In this document: in pieces, positions 7,958 to 15,307 of the stretch
Numbering within the stretch: position 1 is the stretch's first letter
How the letters are laid out: each line of letters opens with the position of its first letter
Source: Candidatus Limnocylindrales bacterium
Lineage (GTDB): Bacteria; Chloroflexota; Limnocylindria; Limnocylindrales; CSP1-4
Reading direction: 5' to 3'
Assembly: GCA_036257225.1 (NCBI GenBank)
Contig: DATAFZ010000158.1
Span: 1 to 38,148, forward strand
Length of the DNA: 38,148 nt
The notes under the pieces: generated by a model
Told to the model about the DNA's origin: nothing
Database searches by the model: none
The model's input: only the letters and a program-made list of their open reading frames with translations
Made by a program: the position numbers and the translations under genes

Positions 7958-9129
7958 CGACGACCGTAGGTCCGGAAGACGTAGAAGAGGCCAGCAAGGA
8001 TGAGCACGATCAGGCCGATCCCGACGATCGCCCAGATCGGTGACGTCTCGACCGTGAAGCGGATCTGTGCCGTCTCGCCGGTCGTGTTCTCGGCCGACTT
8101 CGAGGTGAACGTCACGACGTAGTCACCGGCTACGGCCTGGGCCGACGGCGTGATGGTCGCCGTGATCTTGCCGGTAGCGCCGGGCTCGATCGCGGGAAGG
8201 CCCTCCTCCGGGTTGACGGTCACTTCCCAGCCCGTCGGGGGTGTGCCTTCGAGGACGACATTCGTGATCGGCGCAGTGCCGGTGTTCGTGATCTCGAAAT
8301 CCTGGGTCGTTGCCGAGCCGGCCGAACCGCGCGTCGACAGCACGTCGCCCGGCGTCGACAACCGCATCGAATAGGTGCCGGTCACGGCGATCGCCAGATC
8401 CGCCTGGACCGTCCGCTCGCCGGCCGTCGCCGTCACCTGGATCGGGTAGGTATCGGCAGGGGTGCCTTCGGCCGGCGTGACGGTCACGCTGATGTTCTGC
8501 GTCGCACCGGTCTCCACCACGGTCGAGGCCGCGTCGGTCGCCCCGACCAGCGCCGTGTCGATCGCCCAGCCGGCCGGGCCGGTGGCGGTCGCCGACACCG
8601 TCACATCCTGGGCCGTGTCGTTCTTCAGCTGCAGGTCGAACTTGAACTCCTTGTCGGAGGCGCCGGTCAGCTCAGGGGTATTGGTCGTCAGCGTCAGGGT
8701 CCCGGCCGCCTCGGCATTCACGCGGATCGTCACCGGCAGCGTGTCCGCGGCACCACCGCCGCGGGCCTGCACACGGATCGTCGAGGAGCCGGCCGACGCA
8801 TCGGCGGGGACGGTCACGTCGAGTCGTACCGCGCCGTTCGATCCCGGCCCGACGGCGACGGCGTCGACGACGAACCCGCCGCCCAGCAGGCTGGCCGTCC
8901 AGCCGCTCGGGACGCCGGCCAGCGACAGGGCGATGTCGGCCCGGCGCACGGAGCTGACCTCCAGGTCGAAGCTCACCTTGTTGCCGGGAGCGACGACGAC
9001 GGCGGGGTACTGGGTCGTGACCTCGAGACCGTCCGCCGCACCGACGATCGGTGCGAACGCGGTGAGGCCGAGTGACGAGATGACGAGCGCGGCCATGACG
9101 GGGTCACGCCGCGCGACCCTACTTCGCAA
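7954..9129 (-). CDS. Cell-surface protein with three NEW3/CARDB-like Ig-fold repeats and a C-terminal TM anchor (COG1470-like)
   Basis: Signal peptide (RSRVARRDPVMAALVISSLGLTAFAPIVGAADG). Three modules each contain PxGW (VPSGWTA, GPAGWAI, PPTGWEV). The C-terminal helix is IWAIVGIGLIVLILAGLFYVF, followed by RTYGRR. The preferred start is TTG 9129, 5 nt after AGGAGGG (9135-9141); ATG 9096 or the track start 9222 are alternatives. Confidence 0.75.
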   Translation of the reverse strand: MRSRVARRDPVMAALVISSLGLTAFAPIVGAADGLEVTTQYPAVVVAPGNKVSFDLEVSSVRRADIALSLAGVPSGWTASLLGGGFVVDAVAVGPGSNGAVRLDVTVPADASAGSSTIRVQARGGGAADTLPVTIRVNAEAAGTLTLTTNTPELTGASDKEFKFDLQLKNDTAQDVTVSATATGPAGWAIDTALVGATDAASTVVETGATQNISVTVTPAEGTPADTYPIQVTATAGERTVQADLAIAVTGTYSMRLSTPGDVLSTRGSAGSATTQDFEITNTGTAPITNVVLEGTPPTGWEVTVNPEEGLPAIEPGATGKITATITPSAQAVAGDYVVTFTSKSAENTTGETAQIRFTVETSPIWAIVGIGLIVLILAGLFYVFRTYGRR

Positions 9130-9308
9130 AGGTTCCCTCCTGGGTGTCGTGCGGTGGTCGGTCTGGACCGCCGACGAGTCTGCCAAAGTCGGCCGAGACG
9201 ATACAACCACGGAGCGATTCACGGTTGATTTCGATTATTGAATCATGAGAATACGGGTCCCGTCGCGTGGGGCGGGCCCCGAAAGGGGGCCCGCGTAGAC
9301 TTCTCGGG

Positions 9309-10178
9309 GTGAGCCTCTATTCGTTGGCCGGGCCGGGTAGCCCCGGCGAGCCCTCGGACCTCATCGCGCCGACGTTCGTGGCCGCATTCGACGGCTGGGT
9401 CGACGCCGGAAGCGCCGCGACGACGGCGCTCGAGAACCTGCTCGACGACGCGGTCGACGTGGCGACGTTCGACCCGGACGCGCTGTTCGACTACCGGGCT
9501 CGACGCCCGACCCTCCAGATCGTCGACGGCCGGCTGGCCGAGCTGACGTGGCCCGAGCTCGTGGTGCGACGCGTCCGCTTCGGGGAGCGCGACCTGCTGG
9601 TGCTGGCCGGGCCGGAGCCCGACGACCGCTGGCAGGCGTTCGCGGGGGCGGTCGTGGAACTCGCCCATCGACTTGGTGTGGTCGAGTGGGTGAGCCTTGG
9701 GGCTATCCCGGCCGCTGTCCCGCACACGCGCGACGTCCCGATCCTCGGCACGACGTCGGAACCCGGTCGGCTCCGTGGCGATATCCAGCCCGGGCCGGCG
9801 GGGCTGCTCCGCGTGCCGGCGGCCGCGATCAGCGTGCTCGAGATGGCCGTGGCCGAGGGCGGGATCCCGGCCGTCGGGTATTTCGCCCAGGTCCCGCACT
9901 ACGTCTCCGGGCCGTATCCGGCCGCGTCGCTGGCGCTGGTACAGGCCCTGGCGCGCCACGTGGGGATCGACCTGCCGACTGGCGACCTGGCCGACGAGGC
10001 GCGACAGCTGCGAACCCGGCTGGACACTGCGACCGCGCTCGAGGAAACGACGCGGACCTATGTGGAGCGGCTGGAATCCATGGTCGATGAGCAGCGGCTG
10101 CCGTCCGGGGACGACCTGATCGGCGAGATCGAGCGGTTCCTGCGCGAGGGCGGCACGGAGGGCCGGCCCCAGAGCTGA
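9309..10178 (+). CDS. PAC2 (proteasome assembly chaperone 2-like) family protein
   Basis: FVAAFDGWVDAGSAATTA..., DYRARRPTL, LLVLAGPEPDDRW and AIPAAVPHTR match the actinobacterial PAC2 family. The preferred start is GTG 9309 (VSLYSL...); ATG 9267 is also in frame. Confidence 0.8.
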   Translation: MSLYSLAGPGSPGEPSDLIAPTFVAAFDGWVDAGSAATTALENLLDDAVDVATFDPDALFDYRARRPTLQIVDGRLAELTWPELVVRRVRFGERDLLVLAGPEPDDRWQAFAGAVVELAHRLGVVEWVSLGAIPAAVPHTRDVPILGTTSEPGRLRGDIQPGPAGLLRVPAAAISVLEMAVAEGGIPAVGYFAQVPHYVSGPYPAASLALVQALARHVGIDLPTGDLADEARQLRTRLDTATALEETTRTYVERLESMVDEQRLPSGDDLIGEIERFLREGGTEGRPQS

Positions 10179-10213
10179 CTGGTCCGCGGCTCGGGGGCCC
10201 GACCGACGAATAC

Positions 10214-10245
10214 TTGACAGAACTTGTCAACTCTGGCGGTACACT
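10214..10245 (+). promoter_or_regulatory. Candidate autoregulated promoter of the WYL regulator (palindrome + -10, leaderless geometry)
   Basis: TTGACA-gaact-TGTCAA inverted repeat at 10214-10230. The TACACT hexamer (10240-10245) ends 6 nt before ATG 10252, and there is no Shine-Dalgarno sequence in between. Confidence 0.4.
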
Positions 10246-10251
10246 GTCCGG

Positions 10252-11241
10252 ATGCGAGCCAGCCGCCTCGTCAACCTCCTGCTGCTCCTGCAGAGTCGCG
10301 GCGGCATGACCGCCACGGAACTCGCCCGCGAGCTCGAGGTATCGGTCCGGACGATCCACCGCGATGTCGAGGAACTGAGCGCTGCCGGCGTCCCGATCTT
10401 CGCCGAGCGCGGTCCGCTCGGTGGGATCCGGCTGGTCGACGGCTACCGTACGCGGCTCACCGGCATGACGGCCGACGAGGCCGAGGCGCTGTTCCTGTCG
10501 GGCGTGGCTGGCCCTGCCGCCCAGCTCGGACTGGGTACCGTCGTCGCTGCCGCGCAACTCAAGGTGATGGCGGCACTGCCGCCTGAGCTCCGGTCTCGGG
10601 CGTCCCGCATCGTCCAGCGCTTCCACCTCGATGCCGCCGGCTGGTTCCAGGCGGATGAATCGGTCCCCCACCTCGCGACGCTATCGACCGGAGTCTGGGA
10701 AAGCCGGGCGCTGGCCGTCGACTACGACCGCGGCAACGAGGTGGTCGAGCGCGTGATCGGCCCGCTCGGGCTTGTCCTCAAGGGAGGTATCTGGTACGTG
10801 ATCGCGCTCGTAGAGGGCCAGATCCGGACGTACCGAGCGTCGCGGGTGGTCGAAGCGAGGCTTCTGGACGAACCGGTCGCGCGGCCTGACGATTTCGATC
10901 TCGCGGCGTACTGGACGGAATCCAGCGCCGCCTACGAGCGCGAGGCCCCCAGGGTCGACGTTGACGTGCGCGTCCGCGAAGATCAAGCGTGGCGGATCAA
11001 CCAGGTGTTCGGCCGCGGCACCGTCGCGGCGTCGCAACGGGTCGACGAGACGGACCATCCGGGCACGATCCGCTTGCGATTGCGCCTCAGCTACCCCGAC
11101 GAGGCGCCGGGGATGCTGCTCGCGGTCGGTCCGAACCTGGAGGTCATCGACCCGCCCGAGGTCCGCGACAAGCTCGTGCTGTTGGCGACGCGGATCGTGG
11201 ACCGCTACCGGCAGACCGCGGCGCCCGACGCGGGTCGCTGA
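10252..11241 (+). CDS. HTH + WYL-domain transcriptional regulator (YafY/PafBC-like architecture)
   Basis: N-terminal wHTH (RLVNLLLLLQSRGGMTATELARELEVSVRTIHRDVEELSAAGVPI). The central segment LGLVLKGGIWYVIALVEGQIRTYRASRV is WYL-like. A C-terminal WCX-like segment follows. Confidence 0.85.
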   Translation: MRASRLVNLLLLLQSRGGMTATELARELEVSVRTIHRDVEELSAAGVPIFAERGPLGGIRLVDGYRTRLTGMTADEAEALFLSGVAGPAAQLGLGTVVAAAQLKVMAALPPELRSRASRIVQRFHLDAAGWFQADESVPHLATLSTGVWESRALAVDYDRGNEVVERVIGPLGLVLKGGIWYVIALVEGQIRTYRASRVVEARLLDEPVARPDDFDLAAYWTESSAAYEREAPRVDVDVRVREDQAWRINQVFGRGTVAASQRVDETDHPGTIRLRLRLSYPDEAPGMLLAVGPNLEVIDPPEVRDKLVLLATRIVDRYRQTAAPDAGR

Positions 11242-11463
11242 AGACGTCCGACGGCCTTGGGAGCATCGCGGCCCGATTCGGTGGCCTCGACTGGCCGGAG
11301 CAGGCGGCGGATGCGGAGCTCCGCCTCGATGTCGCGCTCTCGATCGATCTGGAGGATGCGGGCGAGCTCGATGTTCATCATGTGCCGAGTCTGACGGTCA
11401 TACATGCCGGAACCCGTCATGTTTGATGGCAGACTGACCCTCAAGTCGCGGCTCTTCTCGTCT

Positions 11464-11582
11464 AGTCGCCAGGCGACTCGCCGTGGCCAATCTGCTTCAC
11501 ATCCAGTCGCGGGGCGACTGAGCGAGAAGCGATTCGCATGTTTTGGGCCCGCTCTGGCCATACCGTAGTCGGGTGGCGACTA
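11464..11582. repeat. Three short palindromic hairpins sharing an AGTCGC/GCGACT core
   Basis: AGTCGCC-a-GGCGACT (11464-11478), CAGTCGC-ggg-GCGACTG (11504-11520) and TAGTCG-ggtgg-CGACTA (11566-11582). An isolated half-site AGTCGCG lies at 11444-11450. Confidence 0.55.
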
Positions 11583-11839
11583 GGCATGAAGCGCGCGGAC
11601 GACCGCTTGGCCGCTCGACGTCCCCACGCGCGAGCGGCCAGCGGCGATTCGGTTGTTCTTCACTTGTGGCACGGCGGACCACCGTCCGGTCAGGGTTGCC
11701 GGCTCCGCCGTCACCCGGCATCCCGCCGGAGGATCGACGCGCCGCCGGTCGATGGTCTTGTTGTCCGGCGGTCCGTTCGTGCTTGACGCGACGATAGCCG
11801 CGCCGCTGCAAGACACCACTCGGCGTCCGACATGAACCG

Positions 11840-11859
11840 GTATGGACATATGTCCATAC
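11840..11859. promoter_or_regulatory. Perfect 20-bp palindrome (operator-like) abutting the DUF4112 start codon
   Basis: GTATGGACAT|ATGTCCATAC ends 7 nt before ATG 11867. Its right arm supplies a CATACT -10-like hexamer at leaderless distance. Confidence 0.55.
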
Positions 11860-11866
11860 TCGTGGC

Positions 11867-12355
11867 ATGGCAGTCCATGGGGACGTCGTCGGCCTGTCAC
11901 GGACCGAGCGATTCGCCGCCGCCGAGCGCCGCATCGGACGAGTGACCCATGTCCTCGACGAACTGGTCTCCGTTCCCGGAACGCCGATCAAGATCGGCCT
12001 CGACCCGGTCATCGGCGTCATCCCGATCGCAGGCGACGCGGTCGCTGCGCTGGTCGGTCTCTGGGTGATCCTCGAGGCCTCGCGTTTCGGCATCCCGCGA
12101 GTGGTCCTCGGGCGGATGATCGCCAACCTCGTCATCGACCTGGGGATCGGGGCGATCCCGCTGATCGGCGACGCGTACGACCTGCTGTTCCGGTCGAACA
12201 GCCGGAACCTCGCGTTGTTCCGGCGCCACGCCCTGGACCCGGGTACATCGACCCGCGGCGAGCAGGGCTTCTTCATCGGGCTGGTCGTGCTGGCGATCGG
12301 CCTGCTGTGGCTGGTCGCGACGGCGATCGGCTGGCTCGGTTCGACCCAGATCTGA
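11867..12355 (+). CDS. DUF4112-domain membrane protein
   Basis: LDELVSVPGTPIKIGLDPVIGVIPIAGDAVAALVGLWVI...IDLGIGAIPLIGDAYDLLFRSNSRN matches the DUF4112 signature from memory. There are 2-3 hydrophobic helices. Confidence 0.8.
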   Translation: MAVHGDVVGLSRTERFAAAERRIGRVTHVLDELVSVPGTPIKIGLDPVIGVIPIAGDAVAALVGLWVILEASRFGIPRVVLGRMIANLVIDLGIGAIPLIGDAYDLLFRSNSRNLALFRRHALDPGTSTRGEQGFFIGLVVLAIGLLWLVATAIGWLGSTQI

Positions 12356-12360
12356 GCCGG

Positions 12361-13350
12361 CTATCCGGCTGAGGCGATCCTCGACACGCCGGACGACGCG
12401 ACCTTCTCCTCGAACCGACGCGCCGCCTCGTCGAGCTTCGCGAGATGGGCCGCAAGTCTGCGCCGGGCCTCCTCTGCCGCGGCGTCGAGGCCCTGGAGCT
12501 CGAAGATCCGCCAGTGGCGCAGGATCGGCAGCAGCACGTCGTCGTGATGGACGCGCAGGTCGTAGATGCCGGCCTTCGCGATCTGCGCGGCCTTGCGGAT
12601 GAAGCCCGGGATCCCGGCCCCCGGCATCTCGAACGCAAGCACCTCGTCGACGATCGCGCGCACAGCGGCAGACGGCTGGACCTTGAGCGCGGCGCCGAGG
12701 ATGTCTCGATAGAACACCATGTGGAGGTTCTCGTCGGCGGCGATGCGGACCATGATCCTGTCCGCCACCGGGTCGGATGAGTAGCGCCCGGTGTTCCGAT
12801 GCGCGATCCGCGTGGCGAGCTCCTGGAACGCGACATAGGCAAGGCCACGCAACGTGCTCGGCGCGTCGTGGTCATAGCCCTGCTGGAGCTGCGTCATGCG
12901 GCCCCGTTCGAGGGCGACGGGGTCGATGTTCCGAGTGACGGTCAGGTAGTCGCGGAGCACGATCGCGTGCCGCCCTTCCTCGGCCGTCCAGCGGCCTACC
13001 CAGTTGATCCAGGCGCCGTCACCCTTGCCGAACATCCCATGGATGAGCCGGTGGTACGAGGGCAGGTTGTCCTCCGTGAGGAGGCCGATCTCGAACGCGG
13101 TCTGGGCGACGCCGGTCAGCCTCGGCTGGTCCGGGGTCCACGGTTCCTTGTCGAAATCCCGACCGAGCCGGTACGGGATGTACTCGTGCGGGAACCACTC
13201 CTGGGCGACCCTGGCGTGGCGATCGAACAGGCGACCGGCCTCGGGCTCGAGCTCGACGAGCAGCGCTCGGTCGGCCTCGAGGGCGTCGGCATGGTCGAGC
13301 GCCTGTCCCGGCTCGAGGCGGCGTTCCGTGTCGGTCACCCTGGTCTCCAT
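12361..13350 (-). CDS. Acyl-ACP desaturase (soluble di-iron, DesA-type)
   Basis: Di-iron ligand motifs TEDNLPSYH, WTAEEGRHA, QELATRIAHRN and AADENLHMVFY, typical of the stearoyl-ACP desaturase family. Confidence 0.9.
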   Translation of the reverse strand: METRVTDTERRLEPGQALDHADALEADRALLVELEPEAGRLFDRHARVAQEWFPHEYIPYRLGRDFDKEPWTPDQPRLTGVAQTAFEIGLLTEDNLPSYHRLIHGMFGKGDGAWINWVGRWTAEEGRHAIVLRDYLTVTRNIDPVALERGRMTQLQQGYDHDAPSTLRGLAYVAFQELATRIAHRNTGRYSSDPVADRIMVRIAADENLHMVFYRDILGAALKVQPSAAVRAIVDEVLAFEMPGAGIPGFIRKAAQIAKAGIYDLRVHHDDVLLPILRHWRIFELQGLDAAAEEARRRLAAHLAKLDEAARRFEEKVASSGVSRIASAG

Positions 13351-13456
13351 GCGATCGGTTCTGCGAGGTCAACCGGAGCGTACCCGCCGCGTGGCCCTCG
13401 ACCCCCGGGACCGATGCGCTCCTGCACACGACCGCGGGACGGTAGACTCCGGCGCG

Positions 13457-14242
13457 ATGCCCGAGCCCCGCCGCGTGACCGCGACCCGGTACGTGACACC
13501 GCTTCGCGAAGGCGGCTCGTTGCCGGGTCTCATGGAGGCCGATGACGACGGCCTCTACGTGGTGAAGTTCCATGGCGCCGGGCAGGGGCCGCGTGCGCTC
13601 GTCGCCGAGTGGCTGGTCGGCGAGATCGCTCGGGCGCTCGGACTCCTCGTTCCGGAGATCGTGCTGGTCGACGTGGATCCCGGCATGGGCGATGCCGAGC
13701 CGGACGAGGAGCTCCAGGACCTGGTCCATCGGAGTGGCGGCCTGAACCTCGGGCTCGATTTCCTCCCTGGCGCGCTGACCTTCAATCCCGCGGCGGCACC
13801 CGAGGTCGACCCGGCGCAGGCCGCCGACGTCGTCTGGCTCGACGCGTTGGCCACCAACCCCGACCGAAGCGTCGCGAACCCCAACCTCCTGCTCTGGCAC
13901 GGCCGGACATGGCTGATCGACCACGGCGCCGCGCTGTACATCCACCACACATGGCGCGAGCCGGCTGCGCATGCGCGCCGGCCGTTCGAGCGGATCCGGG
14001 ATCATGTGCTGCTGCCCTACGCCGAACCCGTCGCGTCTGCGGACGCCCGACTGGCCTCGCGCCTCGATCGAGACCTGTTCACGACCCTCGCCGCCGCCAT
14101 CCCCGACGCATGGCTTCCCGACGACGACCGGGTCGGCGATGCGGATTCGCAGCGGGCAGCCTACGTCGACTACCTCGAGGGCCGCCTGGCCGCCCGATCG
14201 AGCTTCGTAGAGGAGGCGGACCGTGCCCGACGAGCCGCGTAG
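13457..14242 (+). CDS. HipA-like serine/threonine kinase family protein (short form, no HipA N-domain)
   Basis: YVTPLREGGSLPGLMEADDDGLYVVKFHGAGQG is the P-loop-like region plus Lys. LDALATNPDRSVANPNLLLW is the catalytic loop, and LIDHGAAL corresponds to the DxG Mg site. ATG 13457 is preceded by TAGACT (13443-13448). The upstream part of the track ORF is antisense to the desaturase. Confidence 0.75.
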   Translation: MPEPRRVTATRYVTPLREGGSLPGLMEADDDGLYVVKFHGAGQGPRALVAEWLVGEIARALGLLVPEIVLVDVDPGMGDAEPDEELQDLVHRSGGLNLGLDFLPGALTFNPAAAPEVDPAQAADVVWLDALATNPDRSVANPNLLLWHGRTWLIDHGAALYIHHTWREPAAHARRPFERIRDHVLLPYAEPVASADARLASRLDRDLFTTLAAAIPDAWLPDDDRVGDADSQRAAYVDYLEGRLAARSSFVEEADRARRAA

Positions 14243-14612
14243 TCCCTACCAGTACGCGATCGTGCGTGTCGTTCCCCACGTCGAGCGCGGTGAGCGCTTC
14301 AATGCCGGTGTCGTGCTGTTGTGCCGATCACGTGGCTATATCGGCGCCGCAACCTTCCTGGATGAGGAGCGACTCCGCGCGCTCGCACCCGATGCGGATC
14401 CCGCCGCCATCCGCGCCCATCTCGACGCGATCGAACGGGTGGCGAGCGGAGATCCGGCTGGCGGGCCCATCGCTCGGTCGTCGATCGCCGAACGCTTCCA
14501 CTGGCTTGTGGCCCCGGCCAGCACGATCATCCAGCCGTCGGCCGTCCACACCGGTCTGACCGACGACCCGGGCGCGGAGCTCGAGCGGCTGGTCGCCGAC
14601 CTGGTCCGCTAG
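14223..14612 (+). CDS. DUF3037-domain protein
   Basis: YQYAIVRVVPHVERGERFNAGVVLLC matches the DUF3037 N-terminal signature from memory. GTG 14223 overlaps the last 20 nt of the kinase gene. Confidence 0.75.
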   Translation: MPDEPRSPYQYAIVRVVPHVERGERFNAGVVLLCRSRGYIGAATFLDEERLRALAPDADPAAIRAHLDAIERVASGDPAGGPIARSSIAERFHWLVAPASTIIQPSAVHTGLTDDPGAELERLVADLVR

Positions 14613-14615
14613 CCG

Positions 14616-15224
14616 TCAGGCGCCGACGGCGTCGAGCGCGGTCAGCAAGGCGTCGCGCAGCGTCTGCCCGACCGGCGGGCTCGCCGGGACGGCCAGGATC
14701 TCGGGCGCGGCACCCTGCGGACCCGTCACCTGCTCGTGGCAGGCGGCTCGGATGCGCTCGGCCAGCACGTCGGCCTCGCCCTCCTCGGTCTCCGGCAACA
14801 GGATATGGAACCGATCCGCCGCGGCACGTGTGACCCGGTCGGTCTCGCGGGCAAGCTCGCGGAGGATCTCGCCGACCCGAGCCGCGACCCGATCCGCCGA
14901 CCCTGGCCGCACGTTGTCGATGCGCACGACGAGCACCGACGCGGGTCGCGCGTAGCGTGCCATCCGCGCGTCCTCGTGGCGAAGCGCCGCGTCCCAGTCG
15001 GGTCGCGTGTCGAGGGGGATCGGCCGGCGGACGCTCCGGAGCGCCGGTCTACGAGGCGGTCGCGGCGCCCGACGAGCGGCGACGGGCGGCCCGTCGAGGA
15101 ACGCCTCGATGACCTCGCCGACACGCTCGTCGTGGTGCTCGGTAGGCAGGACGAAGCGCGGCCGCCGCCCCGTTCGGGGCGTGCGGCGTCGGGCGAGCGG
15201 CGGCTCATCGGGCAGCTCGGACAT
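14616..15224 (-). CDS. Hypothetical protein with a degenerate GGDEF-like C-terminal domain
   Basis: The pattern ARYARPASVLVVRIDN...RVGEILRELARETDRVTRAAADRFHILLPETEEGEADVLAERIRAA mirrors a diguanylate-cyclase core, but AADRF replaces GGDEF. The start is taken at ATG 15224 (MSELPDE); the longer track start would overlap the MocR gene. Confidence 0.5.
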   Translation of the reverse strand: MSELPDEPPLARRRTPRTGRRPRFVLPTEHHDERVGEVIEAFLDGPPVAARRAPRPPRRPALRSVRRPIPLDTRPDWDAALRHEDARMARYARPASVLVVRIDNVRPGSADRVAARVGEILRELARETDRVTRAAADRFHILLPETEEGEADVLAERIRAACHEQVTGPQGAAPEILAVPASPPVGQTLRDALLTALDAVGA

Positions 15225-15307
15225 CGGGGAAGGGCCAAGTCTAGCCGGGACGCTGGGAAGGGGCCGTGGACGTGCCGCGCGGCAGGCGTCGTGGGCTGCG
15301 CGGGCCG

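Noticed and set aside
9130-9222. A longer N-terminus (MNRSVVVSSRPTLADSS...) for the NEW3-like surface protein.
   Set aside because: This extension precedes the AGGAGGG ribosome-binding site and adds a non-signal, Ser/Arg-rich segment. The TTG 9129 or ATG 9096 starts give a normal signal peptide.
11205-11561. A 118-aa minus-strand ORF. It could also be a shorter peptide starting at 11420, 11405 or 11381 (MMNIELARILQIDRERDIEAELRIRRLL...).
   Set aside because: Its 3-prime end overlaps the WYL gene and its N-terminal part runs through the palindromic hairpins. There is no RBS. The short helical, Arg/Glu-rich peptide could be real, but I cannot support it from sequence alone. It is covered in the finding on the CATCTGCCGGA repeat motif.
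13004-13456. An upstream extension of the HipA-like kinase ORF.
   Set aside because: It overlaps the desaturase gene on the opposite strand and is Ser/Arg-rich. The conserved kinase N-terminus (RYVTPLREGGSLPG) starts a few residues after ATG 13457.
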